A stretch of DNA of 64,000 bases from an uncultured cyanobacterium (GTDB lineage Bacteria > Cyanobacteriota > Cyanobacteriia > PCC-9006 > JAAUQQ01). Positions 1 through 8,458 of the stretch are shown piece after piece. Positions within the stretch are counted from its first letter, which is position 1. Every line of letters begins with the position of its first letter. The notes beneath the pieces were generated by a model. It did no database searches and had not been told where the DNA came from. It saw only the letters and a program-made list of their open reading frames with translations. The stretch lies in contig OY970368.1 in NCBI GenBank assembly GCA_963718615.1, positions 2,112,001-2,176,000 of the forward strand. Reading direction: 5' to 3'. The position numbers and the translations under genes are program-made.

Positions 1-290
1 AGGCAGTAGAGAATTTGCTCAACTATACGACGGAGGGGCCTTGGTTTCAGACGGGACCGGGGTTGATGACGGGTTGTGTAGGGTTGGGGTTGGTGCCTTA
101 TTTATCTCATTTGGATTTTCGAATGTGGCCTCGGTTGGTGGTCTTGAGTCAGGAGGCGTTGCGGGGGTATGTGTGGCCCCATCTGTCGTTGCCCTATAAA
201 CATACGGAGCAGAGTTGGGTTTATCAGACTTACCGTAATACAAGTAGAAAGGCAGCTAAGCATAAAAGTGTGAATGTGGCAGAGCAATGA
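1..290 (+). CDS. 3' end of a TPR-glycosyltransferase family 32 paralog (partial, begins before the window)
   Basis: nt 1-228 are near-identical to 8115-8342 (AVENLLNYTTEGPWFQTGPGLMTG...SWVYQ); the tail differs after SWVYQ. Confidence 0.85.
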   Translation, partial: AVENLLNYTTEGPWFQTGPGLMTGCVGLGLVPYLSHLDFRMWPRLVVLSQEALRGYVWPHLSLPYKHTEQSWVYQTYRNTSRKAAKHKSVNVAEQ

Positions 291-406
291 TGCACATAGA
301 GACTGCCCAGGCCATGTGCAGCGGGACGCGCTAGCCAACTTTGCTTAGCTGGGTCAGACGAGCAATAATAAGGAATACTGTTGCGTGATTGGCTTAGGGG
401 ATTGTC

Positions 407-1132
407 ATGGTTCAGCTTCCTTCTCGCCTTGAGACTGCTTCAGGGCGACTTACCAAAGATGCTAGTTCAGTTCAAGACTTACCAGAGTGGGATATTCTGG
501 GGGAGGAGTGGCTGAGTGATGAACCGGAGTTGGAGTCTGATTTTCACCGGGAGCAAATTACGTTGTTGTTGCGGTTGATGCAGTGGTATTGGCGTAACCG
601 CAGTGATATCTATTGCTCTGGCAACACGACGGTTTATTACGACGAATCTCAGCGAACGAACCGGAATTTTAAGGGGCCAGATGTGTTTGTGGTCTTGGGG
701 GTAGAGCCGAGATTACGCAACAGTTGGATGACTTGGCGTGAGGGGGGTCGGTATCCGAATGTGGTGATTGAGTTGTTGTCGGATTCGACGGCGAAGGTTG
801 ATCGCACGGAGAAGAAGGCGCTATATCAGAATATTTGGCGATTGCCGGAGTATTTTTGGTTTCATCCGCGTACGCTAGAGTTTAAGGGGTTTAGGTTGGT
901 GGATGGGCAGTATCAAGAACTCCAAGCAGATGAGCAGGGCAATTTGTGGAGTCAGGAGTTGTCAGTTTTCTTGGGGATATTTGAGGAGCGGCTAAGGCTG
1001 TTTACACCTGAGGGTGAGCTGATTCCGTTGGAAGAGGAGGAGGAGCGGCAGCGGGCGGAGCGGGCGGAGGCGCGGGCTGAGCAGTTGGCGCAGCGGTTGC
1101 GGGAGTTGGGAATTAATTTAGAGGATGGGTGA
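407..1132 (+). CDS. Uma2 family (PD-(D/E)xK-like) endonuclease
   Basis: LSDEPELESDFH, GPDVFVV, PNVVIELLSDST and EYFWFHP motifs; coiled-coil tail RAEQLAQRLRELGI. Confidence 0.9.
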   Translation: MVQLPSRLETASGRLTKDASSVQDLPEWDILGEEWLSDEPELESDFHREQITLLLRLMQWYWRNRSDIYCSGNTTVYYDESQRTNRNFKGPDVFVVLGVEPRLRNSWMTWREGGRYPNVVIELLSDSTAKVDRTEKKALYQNIWRLPEYFWFHPRTLEFKGFRLVDGQYQELQADEQGNLWSQELSVFLGIFEERLRLFTPEGELIPLEEEEERQRAERAEARAEQLAQRLRELGINLEDG

Positions 1133-1404
1133 GAAGTTGTGCTTTGGCGAATAGTGTGGGAAATTATTGGATTTTTGCGGCAATCCAGCTGAGGAGAAGA
1201 AGTGTGGAGATAATTAATGTGAGGATAATCGCAAGAAACTTAAGTCCTGTGGTCCAGAGGGCGATGATTCTGGCGGTGTAGAGGAGGAAGCAGAGGGCGA
1301 TGGTTAGGTTTTTGCTGGTTTTTGTTTGAATGTTTGGCTGTAGTCTCGGTCTGTCATAAATTGAGCCAGTTTTTTTCTTTTGGCGGATCTTAGAGGATCT
1401 TGAT

Positions 1405-1490
1405 TTTGCAATGCCATTTGGTAGGAGGCGATCGCCAGTGAGACCAAGCAAGCTCTGGATTGAGGCAGATCATGGGGTTAAGCGCGATCG
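1405..1490 (-). pseudogene. Deleted remnant of a TPR gene homologous to 27204-29378 (second copy at ~14072-14157)
   Basis: 1405-1436 is a 32-nt exact match to 28853-28884 and 1437-1451 a 15-nt exact match to 29093-29107; the minus strand reads AIALNP, LNPELAWSH and AIASYQMALQ. Confidence 0.7.
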
Positions 1491-1503
1491 CTGGCAGGTC
1501 TTA

Positions 1504-2688
1504 TCAGCCCGAATGGGAGCGCAGCCAGCCCTCCACCTGCGACATCTCACTGATTAGGGCCGGATCCAAAACAACCAGCGCCTCTAAAGCACAATCATTC
1601 AGCTTCATTTGCAACGGCTCTGGCAACGGTCCTAGCTGCTGATTTAACTTGCTCTGGAGACGCGCTAAGACCAATCCAATGAGCTGAGATTCGAGGTCGG
1701 CAAGGGTTTCCAGGTCAAAAACTGATAGGGTAAGGGCCTCAAGCTGGTCTGAAGAAAGAGAGGCGATCGCCCTTTCGCAGACCTCCGGTAACGAGCCAAA
1801 TTTCTGGGCAAGCAGCCGTGTGGCCAAGATTTGCTCAGCCTCTCGACGACCTTCCTCACGACCTTCCTCACGACCTTCCTCACGACCTTCCTCGCGGCCT
1901 TCCTCGCGACCTTCCTCGCGGCCTGCTTTGAGGCCACGCTCGAAGCCGATTTCTTCAACGCTGGTTACGTAGGGCATTCGTCGTTCCTCTTCGTAGGCTT
2001 TTAACTCCGTCCAAAACTGGGTTGTCAGGCTTTTGGGCAAAATCATGACCCAGTCAATAAAGCGAAACAGGTTGACAATTTCATTTCGATTATACCCCTG
2101 CTCATAAAGCCGCCGAATAAGCTGGAGCTTCCAGGCTTTGCGGCTTTGAGCGTCTTTTTTGGTCTCTTGGGCCTTGATGTGGGCCATGACGACGACGGCA
2201 AAAGGGTTACGGCTGGCTTCCATCTCGGCCCAGTGCTCTCGATAGTCCAACAGCTTGACGATGCCAAAGCGGAACGAGAGCGCTGTATCGGGGTAGTCGA
2301 AGCTGTATTGCGTGGGTCTCCATTTGCTGTTGCTGTCGCACAAAATCGCGAGGCTAGTTGCGGGGTGGCGAAAGCGATCGAAGATTCTCAAGTTGTACAA
2401 AAACATGCGCTCTTGAAACTGGGCTTCGCGGGTTGACTGGATCTCGGTGTGGATCAGCAGCCACAGTTCTTTGCCCCGTTTGCGTTGGACTTTGACTAGT
2501 TGGTCGGCGAAGCGCTTGCCTGTTTCGCTTTCGGGCGCGATTTGCTGGAATTCTTGGTCCAGAAATTCGGGGGGATGCTGCCAATCGATCAGTTTGGCGG
2601 TGTTGGGAAAAAAGAATTCGATCGCTTCTTGAAAATAGGTACGCAGCACAAACTTCCAAGGGCCATCTTGGGGATCGGACTGAACCAT
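1504..2688 (-). CDS. Rpn-like (PD-(D/E)xK) nuclease/putative transposase with DUF4351-type C-terminus
   Basis: D-x-PWK, EFLDQEFQQI, ADQLVKV, IHTEIQ, ERMFLYNLRIFDR, MPYVTSVE motifs; GREE repeats; C-terminal helical repeats. Confidence 0.8.
   Translation of the reverse strand: MVQSDPQDGPWKFVLRTYFQEAIEFFFPNTAKLIDWQHPPEFLDQEFQQIAPESETGKRFADQLVKVQRKRGKELWLLIHTEIQSTREAQFQERMFLYNLRIFDRFRHPATSLAILCDSNSKWRPTQYSFDYPDTALSFRFGIVKLLDYREHWAEMEASRNPFAVVVMAHIKAQETKKDAQSRKAWKLQLIRRLYEQGYNRNEIVNLFRFIDWVMILPKSLTTQFWTELKAYEEERRMPYVTSVEEIGFERGLKAGREEGREEGREEGREEGREEGREEGRREAEQILATRLLAQKFGSLPEVCERAIASLSSDQLEALTLSVFDLETLADLESQLIGLVLARLQSKLNQQLGPLPEPLQMKLNDCALEALVVLDPALISEMSQVEGWLRSHSG
1847..1924. repeat. 12-nt VNTR (CGRCCTTCCTCR) x6 encoding GREE; the paralog at 14514-14555 has x3
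   Basis: Read directly; accounts for the 394 vs 382 aa length difference. Confidence 0.9.
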
Positions 2689-2814
2689 TGCTCTCTGTCC
2701 CTGAGTAACAGTTCGATTGTACTTCTTTTGGGGTACTTGCCAGTCAATTGAGGCGTGGCGTTTCTAGCTGTGCGTTCGGAATTAGCTAAGGTAAGAGCTA
2801 GGAGAATGTGCTTT

Positions 2815-3052
2815 CTGCGTGGATCTGCGTAAGCTTTTTGTTTGAAGATGGAATAAAGATGCGGATGGAGTGGGGGAGTGATGGAGTAATAGGGTGATGG
2901 GGTCGTCACCCAATCACCCCGTCACCCAATCACCCAATCACCCTGATACTCAACAACCCATGACCCAGACACCTGAAACACAACCGAAGACTGCTGAGGC
3001 GCAGCTGGCGGAGGCTTTGGTGTTGCGGGAGGCTTGGGGGGATTTGGTGGGG
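2815..3052 (+). repeat. Dispersed leader repeat, copy 1 (leader plus truncated MTQTPE start at 2960)
   Basis: CTGCGTGGATCTGCGT...GAAGATGGAATAAAGAT...GTCACCCAATCACCC...CCCATGACCCAGAC shared with copies at 3926, 5010, 15446 and 16773. Confidence 0.95.
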
Positions 3053-3130
3053 CAGTTGTGGTGCGGCTGGTGCGGCTGGGAAGCATGTCGAGCATACGGG
3101 CTGTTGTTTATGCTTTGCGGTTTGCCTCAT

Positions 3131-3481
3131 TCACAGCGGAAGATAGAGAATTTGCCCTTCCATTTCACCCTGCTGAATGCATTCCAGCACGATCAGGAGA
3201 TCATCAATAATTTGTCCTGTTGAAGCATCTGTGCGAACTTCAATTACGCCAGGCATTGATAGCCCCTGGGCGATGCGATCGTAGGCATAACGGGTGATTG
3301 TTGCAACGTCATGCGTAAGTAGTACTCGATTTTCTGATGCTGCTTGGGCCAGAACGGTTGGATCATCTTTTCCGGACAGCCCGATGTCTTGAACTCTGAT
3401 AATGTCAATATCTGATTGACGGCGAAGCAAGCCTCTGAGAATCGTATTATCGAAGTTTTCGTCTGCCAGCAGTTTTAGCAT
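3131..3481 (-). CDS. DUF5615 family PIN-like protein (putative toxin)
   Basis: LLADENF, DDPTVL, RVLLTHD motifs; overlaps the DUF433 gene. Confidence 0.85.
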   Translation of the reverse strand: MLKLLADENFDNTILRGLLRRQSDIDIIRVQDIGLSGKDDPTVLAQAASENRVLLTHDVATITRYAYDRIAQGLSMPGVIEVRTDASTGQIIDDLLIVLECIQQGEMEGQILYLPL

Positions 3482-3816
3482 GCGGTTTGAAGGCTCTTGC
3501 GGGCTAGGAGTCGATCGCGGATGCCGTTTGGATCGAGCTGGGCTTCATTGTGCTGGCGAATTTGCTGGGCTTGCTTCTGTCTGGCTTGGAGATATTGCTC
3601 TATGGCTAGTTGGTTGTTTAGGTAGAAGGCAATTGTTGCGTAAACGTCTGCTAATTGGAGGGAGGTGTAGCGGTGGGTGATCTCTTCGGCGGTGAGACCT
3701 TGTTTGAAAACGTTGATGACAGTATCTAGGGTAACACGAGTTGTGCCAACAAGAATAACACCATCTGGGTTGATGATGAGTGGGGGTGGGGAAGGGGAGA
3801 GAATGATGGGTGGCAT
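3475..3816 (-). CDS. DUF433 domain protein (putative antitoxin)
   Basis: GTRVTLDTVI...GLTAEEI...Y.SL.LADVYATIAFY. Confidence 0.85.
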   Translation of the reverse strand: MPPIILSPSPPPLIINPDGVILVGTTRVTLDTVINVFKQGLTAEEITHRYTSLQLADVYATIAFYLNNQLAIEQYLQARQKQAQQIRQHNEAQLDPNGIRDRLLARKSLQTAC

Positions 3817-3925
3817 AGATAAAGAGGGGAACTGTCAGATTGTCAGGTGGATTAGTTTATTTTAGCCTGCCTCTGGCTGTGAGCAGCGAGTGGGCGGAGG
3901 TAAAGAAGTTGGGAGAATGTGATTT

Positions 3926-4177
3926 CTGCGTGGATCTGCGTAGGCCTTTTGTTTGAAGATGGAATAAAGATGCGGATGGAGGGGGGGAGTAATGGTGTGA
4001 TGGGGTCGTCACCCAATCACCCCGTCACCCAATCACCCTGATACTCAACGACCCATGACCCAGACACCTGAAATACAACCGCAGACTGCTGAGGCTCGGC
4101 TGGCGGAGGCTTTGGCGTTGCGGGAGGCTGGGGATTTGGTGGGGGCGGTGGGGCGGTTGCGAAGTGGAGAGTTCTGA
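3926..4177 (+). repeat. Dispersed leader repeat, copy 2 (with a 40-aa truncated ORF at 4055-4177)
   Basis: Same sequence as copy 1; ORF MTQTPEIQPQTAEARLAEALALREAGDLVGAVGRLRSGEF*. Confidence 0.95.
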
Positions 4178-4196
4178 TATTTCAAGTTTGACCTGG

Positions 4197-4682
4197 TCAC
4201 TCACCCACTAAGGTTAAAGCTTTAGTAAGAACATCGACGCTAATTCTGAATCCGACGCTCATTAGCTTGTCATACTCTCTACGAGCTGAAGTGATATATC
4301 CGCGCTGCTTAGCTAAAGCAATAATGCTGACGGTTCCTCTCACTTGCATTCCTAAAATGGCAGCGGCTTTGCGAGCAGCTCGATCGTCGATGATTGCTTC
4401 GAATTCGGGATGCTCGGAAACCCAAGTCATTACGCAACTTTCTCCCATGCCTAGATCCCAGCTAGCAATGATTGGGCTGATACTGGCAATGGGTTTGATA
4501 TAGAGCTGTCCTTCTGTGCGAATCCAGGTGACGGCAGAATCGTCATAGCCACCGTTTCGAATTTCATCAGCAACGCCTTGGGGAATTACCAGTTCGTTAC
4601 AAAGTTGGGTTAAGAGACTAACCTGACCAATTTTGGTGAGGGTAATAATGGGAGAGGCATTAACAACCCATTGGTTAGCCAC
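4197..4682 (-). CDS. DUF3368 domain PIN-family protein (putative toxin)
   Basis: VVNASPII, IPQGVADEI, LGMGES, IIDDRAAR, GTVSII, GFRIS; likely GTG start at 4682 overlapping the UPF0175 stop. Confidence 0.85.
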   Translation of the reverse strand: MANQWVVNASPIITLTKIGQVSLLTQLCNELVIPQGVADEIRNGGYDDSAVTWIRTEGQLYIKPIASISPIIASWDLGMGESCVMTWVSEHPEFEAIIDDRAARKAAAILGMQVRGTVSIIALAKQRGYITSARREYDKLMSVGFRISVDVLTKALTLVGE

Positions 4683-4926
4683 GGGCCAGTTCCTCAGTAA
4701 GCTCATCAGGCGTGGTTTGAAAAGGAGACACCTTAAAACGAATTAGGGCCTCTAGGAAGGCTTGACGGCTGACACCTGCGATTTCAGCAGCTTTAGATTG
4801 AGAAACGGTGCCAATTTCATACCATTTGACGGCAGCTGCCAAACGCATGTCTTGAACGAACTCGTCGGGTGTACTGCGGGTCACTGAAAAAACGCTTTCT
4901 GGCAAGCTTAGCTTGACTTCTATCAT
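4675..4926 (-). CDS. UPF0175 family protein (putative antitoxin)
   Basis: MRLAAAVKWYE.G.VSQSKAAEIAGVSRQAFLEAL HTH-like motif. Confidence 0.85.
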   Translation of the reverse strand: MIEVKLSLPESVFSVTRSTPDEFVQDMRLAAAVKWYEIGTVSQSKAAEIAGVSRQAFLEALIRFKVSPFQTTPDELTEELARG

Positions 4927-5009
4927 GATGAAATCAGCAGGTTTGGTTTGGTTAAGTATTCATATTTTAGCGAATGCTGGCCAATTTACGGTTTGGGGGT
5001 GTTAAGTGG

Positions 5010-5410
5010 CTGCGTGGATCTGCGTAAGCTTTTTGTTTGAAGATGGAATAAAGATACGGATGGAGTGGGTGAGTGATGGAGTAATGGTGTGATGGGGTCG
5101 TCACCCAATCACCCTGTCACCCAATCACCCTGATACTCAACGACCCATGACCCAGACCCCTGAAACACAACTGAAGACTGCTGAGGCGCGGCTGGCGGAG
5201 GCTTTGGCGTTGCGGGAGGCGGGGGATTTTGTGGGGGCGGTGGGGCGGTTGCGGGAGCTGCTGGAGGAGGCTGGGTTTGTGCGGGGGTGGATGGAGTTGG
5301 GGCGGACGTTGCGGCGGTTGGGGGAGCGAGAGGGGGCGTTGGAGGCGTTTGGGGAGGCTGAGCGGCTGGAGCCGGAGCATTTGCCAAGTCGGATTGAGGG
5401 GGCGATCGAA
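5010..5410 (+). repeat. Dispersed leader repeat, copy 3 (leads into the full-length gene at 5147)
   Basis: Near-identical to 16773-17176 up to GGCGATCGA. Confidence 0.95.
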
Positions 5411-8404
5411 CTGCGGGCTTTAGAGCGATTTGAGGAAGCTGAACAAAAGTTGCTGGGGGTGTTACAGATTAATTCTAAGCAGCCTGCGGCTTTGTTTCAG
5501 TTGGGGGAGGTATATCGGGTTCAGCGGAGATTTGAGGAAGCGATCGCCCAATGCCAAAAAGCTCTTAATGTTGCCCCAAATCATGTGAGTGCAAAAACTA
5601 GTCTTGCGATCGCATACCGAGAATTGGGCGAATGGGATATCGCTGAACAGCAATTGCAGCTACTTTTGCAGAACAACCTTCTGCGGCCTGCAGCTTTGGT
5701 TCAGTTGGGGGAGGTTTATCGGGTTCAGCGGAGGTTTGAGGAGGCGATCGCCCAATACCAAAAAGCTCTAGAAGCCAAGCCTGATAACCCCTGGGCAGAG
5801 ATGAACATGGCGATCGCCTATCGAGAATCAGGTCAATGGGATGTTGCTGAACAACAACTCAACAACATTCTAGATATAAATCCAAACCACTTTCAAGCCT
5901 ATATCCATCAAGGTATCTTGGCGAGATGGCGAGATGAGCATGGAAAAGCCTTAGATTGGTTTCGTAAGGCAGTAGAGTATGCAACTGATGCGGCCCAAAA
6001 ATTGCAGGCTCAACTTAAGGTTTGTGAAACATTGCAGGAGTTAGATCAGCTCGTTGAAGCTCATGAGCTGGCGCAACAGCTGGACACTGATCATGCGGGT
6101 AATTGGCGGGTAATCATGGTCTTAGGCGACCTTTTCCGTCGGCAACAGGCATTTGATTCAGCAGCTGAGTTGTATCAAAAAGTTTTATCTATTCAACCAG
6201 GGCATCGCCCTGCAAGCATTCAACTCAGTCATTGTCTGTATGACTTGGGCCAGTCAGAAGCTGCATTGCAAACACTAGAATTGGCTAAATATGGACCAGC
6301 AACTAACATAACAGTCCAGATTCGAAAAGTTGAAATTCTCCGGTTGCTACATCGGCTGGATGAAGCAGAGCAAATATTGCAATATTTGCAAGAACGCTTT
6401 CCGAAAGATTCGCGGGTGCTGATGCAGTGGGGATATCTGGAACGGCAGCGAGGGCAGCGGCAGCGGGCACTGGGTTACTTTCGACAAGCAGCAGATCATC
6501 CGTTGCAAGCTCACCAAGGATTAGCGGCTCAGTTCTGTGCCATCGAAGAATTGCGCGATCTGGATCGCTTGGACGAGGCCAAAACAGAAATTCAGCAGGT
6601 TTTGGCAAAACATCCCCAGCATCGACGGGCCAATATGATTTTGGCCAGTATCTTTTATCGACAACTGGAGCTTGGAACTGCTGCTGAGGTGTATCGCAAG
6701 CTGCTGCAATTCAATCCTCATAATACCAATGCCCAGTTTGAGCTGGCGCGGGTGTTGAGCGAGATGCAGCAGCAAACGACCGAGGCTGTTGCCCATCTGC
6801 AAGTGCAATATCACCAGTCGAAACGTCCCGAATTACGCATCCTGATGCGTTTAGGACAGTTGGCAGAGGCCCAGGAGGATTATCCAGAGGCGCAGCGGTG
6901 GTATGAGCAGGCGCGGGAACTTTATCCCCACAGAGCACAGGTGTATAGCGCACTGGCGGAGGTGATGTATCGGCAGGCGGAGATTGAGGGGGCGATCGCG
7001 CTCCTCTCCGACGCAAGACAAGAGATACCTCAAGCTCCAGAGCTTCCGCTCAAGTTAGCTAGTTTACAGATGCGGCTAGGTTATCCAGTAAAAAGTCTAC
7101 GGATTCTTGAGGAGGTGTATCAGCGGTTTCCGCATCAGATATCGGTTTTGTTGCAGCTTTGTCATCTGCATTTGCAACTAGGAGAGTTTGAGAACGCCGA
7201 GGGACTTTTAGCCGGAACTGGATTTGATCACGGCAATTGGCGGAAGCAGGTGGCGTTGTTGCGGGCGGAGATGGCGTTGCGGCGGTTTCAGCCCCAGATG
7301 GCAGAACCCTATTTGCGGGAGGCGATCGCTATTGCCCCAGCAACACCTCATGAGCATAACCGTCTAGCTCAAACCTATCTACTCCAGGCAGAGCCGCTGA
7401 AGGCTTATGAGCAGGTCAAGTTAGCGACGGACTTATTGAAGCTAAAAATGGCTCCAGGACAGACTAACATTCCGCTGAAAGACCATGTGGCGGTGCTAAT
7501 TAATCAGATGCGGATGAATCCGGCCATGTTGGAGCAACTGCAAGCCGCAATGCAAGAGCAAGGTAAGGAGCGGTTGATTGGGTTGGGAACGATCGTCGCT
7601 CAGGAGCCGACCTATTTGGGGGCGGGGTTGTGTTTAATGCAGGCGTTGCGGCAGCAGGATATTTTTGCGGAATGGCGGCGGTTGTTGCCAGTGGGGGCAG
7701 TGGGTTTGCCGCAGATCCCGAAGCGAATTGTGCAGTTTTGGGATAGCCCGAAGCCACCGGAGGAGATTGCGGGAGTGATGCGGAGTTGGGTGGAGATGAA
7801 TCCGGACTATGAGTATGTAAGGTTTTCGTTGCAGCGGGCGATCGCTTTCCTCCAGGAGTATTACGACGCGGATGTGTTGAAGGCGTTTCAGCTCTGTGGT
7901 CATGTAGCAACCCAGGCGGATTTGTTTCGGTTGGCCTATCTGAACAAGATGGGTGGTTTTTATGCGGATGCGGATGATCGCTGTCTGGTATCACTAGATG
8001 ATCTGGTGGAATCGAATGCAGAGCTTGTTGTCTATCAGGAAGAGTATGCATCGATCGGCAACAACTTTTTAGGCTGTATTCCCAACCAATCGATGATTCA
8101 GATGGCGTTGTATCAGGCGGTGGAGAATTTGCTCAACTATACGACGGAGGGGCCTTGGTTTCAGACGGGGCCGGGGTTGATGACGGGTTGTGTAGGGTTG
8201 GGGTTAGTGCCCTATTTATCGCATTTAGATTTTCGGATGTGGCCTCGATTGGTGGTGTTGAGTCAGGAGGCATTGCGGGGATATGTGTGGCCTCATCTGT
8301 CGTTGCCCTATAAGCATACGGAGAAGAGTTGGGTGTATCAGAGTTATCGGGCTCCGAATCGGCAGAATAAGCGATCGCTAGAAGCTTGTAGCACCGAACG
8401 GTAA
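5147..8404 (+). CDS. TPR-repeat protein with C-terminal glycosyltransferase family 32 (DXD) domain
   Basis: Many TPR units; IPKRIVQFWD, NPDYEY, QADLFRLAYLNKMGGFYADADD, TGPG. Confidence 0.9.
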   Translation: MTQTPETQLKTAEARLAEALALREAGDFVGAVGRLRELLEEAGFVRGWMELGRTLRRLGEREGALEAFGEAERLEPEHLPSRIEGAIELRALERFEEAEQKLLGVLQINSKQPAALFQLGEVYRVQRRFEEAIAQCQKALNVAPNHVSAKTSLAIAYRELGEWDIAEQQLQLLLQNNLLRPAALVQLGEVYRVQRRFEEAIAQYQKALEAKPDNPWAEMNMAIAYRESGQWDVAEQQLNNILDINPNHFQAYIHQGILARWRDEHGKALDWFRKAVEYATDAAQKLQAQLKVCETLQELDQLVEAHELAQQLDTDHAGNWRVIMVLGDLFRRQQAFDSAAELYQKVLSIQPGHRPASIQLSHCLYDLGQSEAALQTLELAKYGPATNITVQIRKVEILRLLHRLDEAEQILQYLQERFPKDSRVLMQWGYLERQRGQRQRALGYFRQAADHPLQAHQGLAAQFCAIEELRDLDRLDEAKTEIQQVLAKHPQHRRANMILASIFYRQLELGTAAEVYRKLLQFNPHNTNAQFELARVLSEMQQQTTEAVAHLQVQYHQSKRPELRILMRLGQLAEAQEDYPEAQRWYEQARELYPHRAQVYSALAEVMYRQAEIEGAIALLSDARQEIPQAPELPLKLASLQMRLGYPVKSLRILEEVYQRFPHQISVLLQLCHLHLQLGEFENAEGLLAGTGFDHGNWRKQVALLRAEMALRRFQPQMAEPYLREAIAIAPATPHEHNRLAQTYLLQAEPLKAYEQVKLATDLLKLKMAPGQTNIPLKDHVAVLINQMRMNPAMLEQLQAAMQEQGKERLIGLGTIVAQEPTYLGAGLCLMQALRQQDIFAEWRRLLPVGAVGLPQIPKRIVQFWDSPKPPEEIAGVMRSWVEMNPDYEYVRFSLQRAIAFLQEYYDADVLKAFQLCGHVATQADLFRLAYLNKMGGFYADADDRCLVSLDDLVESNAELVVYQEEYASIGNNFLGCIPNQSMIQMALYQAVENLLNYTTEGPWFQTGPGLMTGCVGLGLVPYLSHLDFRMWPRLVVLSQEALRGYVWPHLSLPYKHTEKSWVYQSYRAPNRQNKRSLEACSTER

Positions 8405-8458
8405 GAATATGACACCAGCACAATACCAGGCAGATCAGAGGGATTTTTAGAGGTCAGT

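Noticed and set aside
1164-1451. 95-aa ORF as a functional gene
   Set aside because: Its 5' half is an off-frame TPR remnant and the duplicate at 13831-14118 has a premature stop; kept only as a repeat observation
481-3050. Duplication as an assembly artefact
   Set aside because: Copies differ by many substitutions, VNTR number and flanks; long reads would still be the final check
2815-5410. CRISPR array interpretation of the recurring repeat
   Set aside because: Repeats are over 200 bp, the intervening DNA is whole genes of 0.8-1 kb, and no cas genes are present
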